From positions 69,287 through 121,398 of the forward strand of contig MQRK01248235.1 in the NCBI GenBank assembly GCA_001938485.1: a DNA stretch of 52,112 nt, given 5' to 3'. The translations under genes were made by a program, and so were the position numbers. The stretch is from Girardia tigrina (taxonomy: Eukaryota). Positions 50,940 to 52,112 of this stretch are shown here, piece by piece (the first letter of the stretch is position 1; every line of letters starts with the position of its first letter). The notes beneath the pieces are model-generated. The model had not been told where the DNA came from and did no database searches. It saw nothing but the letters and a program-made list of their open reading frames with translations.

Positions 50940-51900
50940 CAACAGCAAGGTCTAATTTCATATTCATGGATTCTATGCTGGAAATGTCGTCATGATATAT
51001 CTGCTCTAGTAATTTATGGTGAAGTGATTTTTACGATTGTCAGTGTTTCAAGTGGAAATATTCTCCAATCCATAATTCAAAAATATTACGCGAATGATAT
51101 TTTTAATTTTGAAGAAACTAAACAATTCAAAAATTAGTGCTATTCAAGAGCTTGGCTTTCAAAAATGAAACATTTCATGGCGGAAAGTATTCTCAGGAAA
51201 GCATATCCATAATTGTCGGAGAATACATGAAGAAAGAAAAGCTATTAATTATGGTTATTTGTAAACAGTCAATCCTAATGTATTTCGAAATCAAATCATT
51301 TTTTTAGAATAAATTAGTTTTCACAAAAGCTGGATGATTTCGGTAATCTTTCAGGAATACATTTAAAAAATTGATCTATTTGTAAACCAAAAACGGAAGA
51401 TTTCAATCAGGGTAGAATCTACCCATTTAAAAAAATTTTACTTTGAAAAGAAAGAGAAAGATGTTGAGTACTTTAAGATGCTTAAAGAAATGTTGATAAA
51501 TTTACTGAATTCGATTAGATTTTTAAAATCGTCCACTTCTCTCAATTCTCGGTTGTTTACCAATTTGTGTGACGAAAATGATGAAACTTTCAACTAATTC
51601 CTTTTACATACCAAGGTGATATTATTGTCAAGGGGCTGCAGTTTGCTAAGGCTTGTTAACTTTTATATTTCATATACATATATTTTATGGAATCAGGATC
51701 AATCACTATGTAATGAGTTAAAACTTTACACGCATCACGTATTCTACTTAGCAGATATTTATTCAAAATTCAATGAAATACAGAATCATTTGGAAGGAAA
51801 AATGTTACAATTTTTCAGGTCTGTACCATTATAATGACTTCAAGTAAAATTGGTGCTATATAAGTTAGCACTAGTACGCAAAAGATTTCAAAAAACATTT
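50940..51900 (+). mobile_element. hAT (Charlie/Buster-like) transposase relic
   Basis: NSRLFTNLCDENDETFN...LLHTKV.LLSRG.SLLRL and FYLADIYSKFNEIQNHLEGK. Confidence 0.7.
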
Positions 51901-52112
51901 CGAGGATTAAGAAAATATGTATGTTCAACATGACTAGATACAACTAGAATACCAAAAAGGAGTGAACCATTCTAACGCAGATATGTTATTACGAAACAAG
52001 TGTGATACATGTACATAATGTTTAATGGCACACGGAGAGGCAAAGATACAGAAGATCAAGACGCGAAGGATAAACGTAGTAGGCATCACAGATATATATA
52101 TATATATATATA

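Overview
Very AT-rich eukaryotic (animal) genomic DNA with scaffold gaps, spliceosomal introns (several only 42-60 nt) and many decayed transposons. There are two credible host genes. (1) An intronless neuropeptide prohormone at 5332-5727 (+) encoding YFSPRM/HFSPRM/YYSPRM-amide (PRXamide/pyrokinin-like). This points to a bilaterian, most simply a flatworm. (2) A 12-exon, ~32-kb PWI-domain Ser/Arg-rich SRRM1-like gene on the minus strand (48646 to 16517, about 521 aa, assembled by hand with consistent splice phases), almost invisible in the ORF track. A disrupted SBDS copy lies just downstream of it. Mobile elements include mariner, Tc1-like, DD38D, pogo, MULE (Phantom-type repeat TIRs), hAT/hATm, PIF-, piggyBac- and mariner-like MITEs, an RLE-type LINE, RTE LINE 3' ends and Penelope-like elements. 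Hidden RNA structure comprises a complete HDV-like ribozyme fold at the 5' end of a LINE relic (8664-8756) and three Penelope-type minimal hammerheads. Several decayed, mutually similar head-to-head gene-pair fragments of unknown function occur at 34-35 kb, 40-42 kb and 50 kb. All calls were made by eye; no database searches were run.
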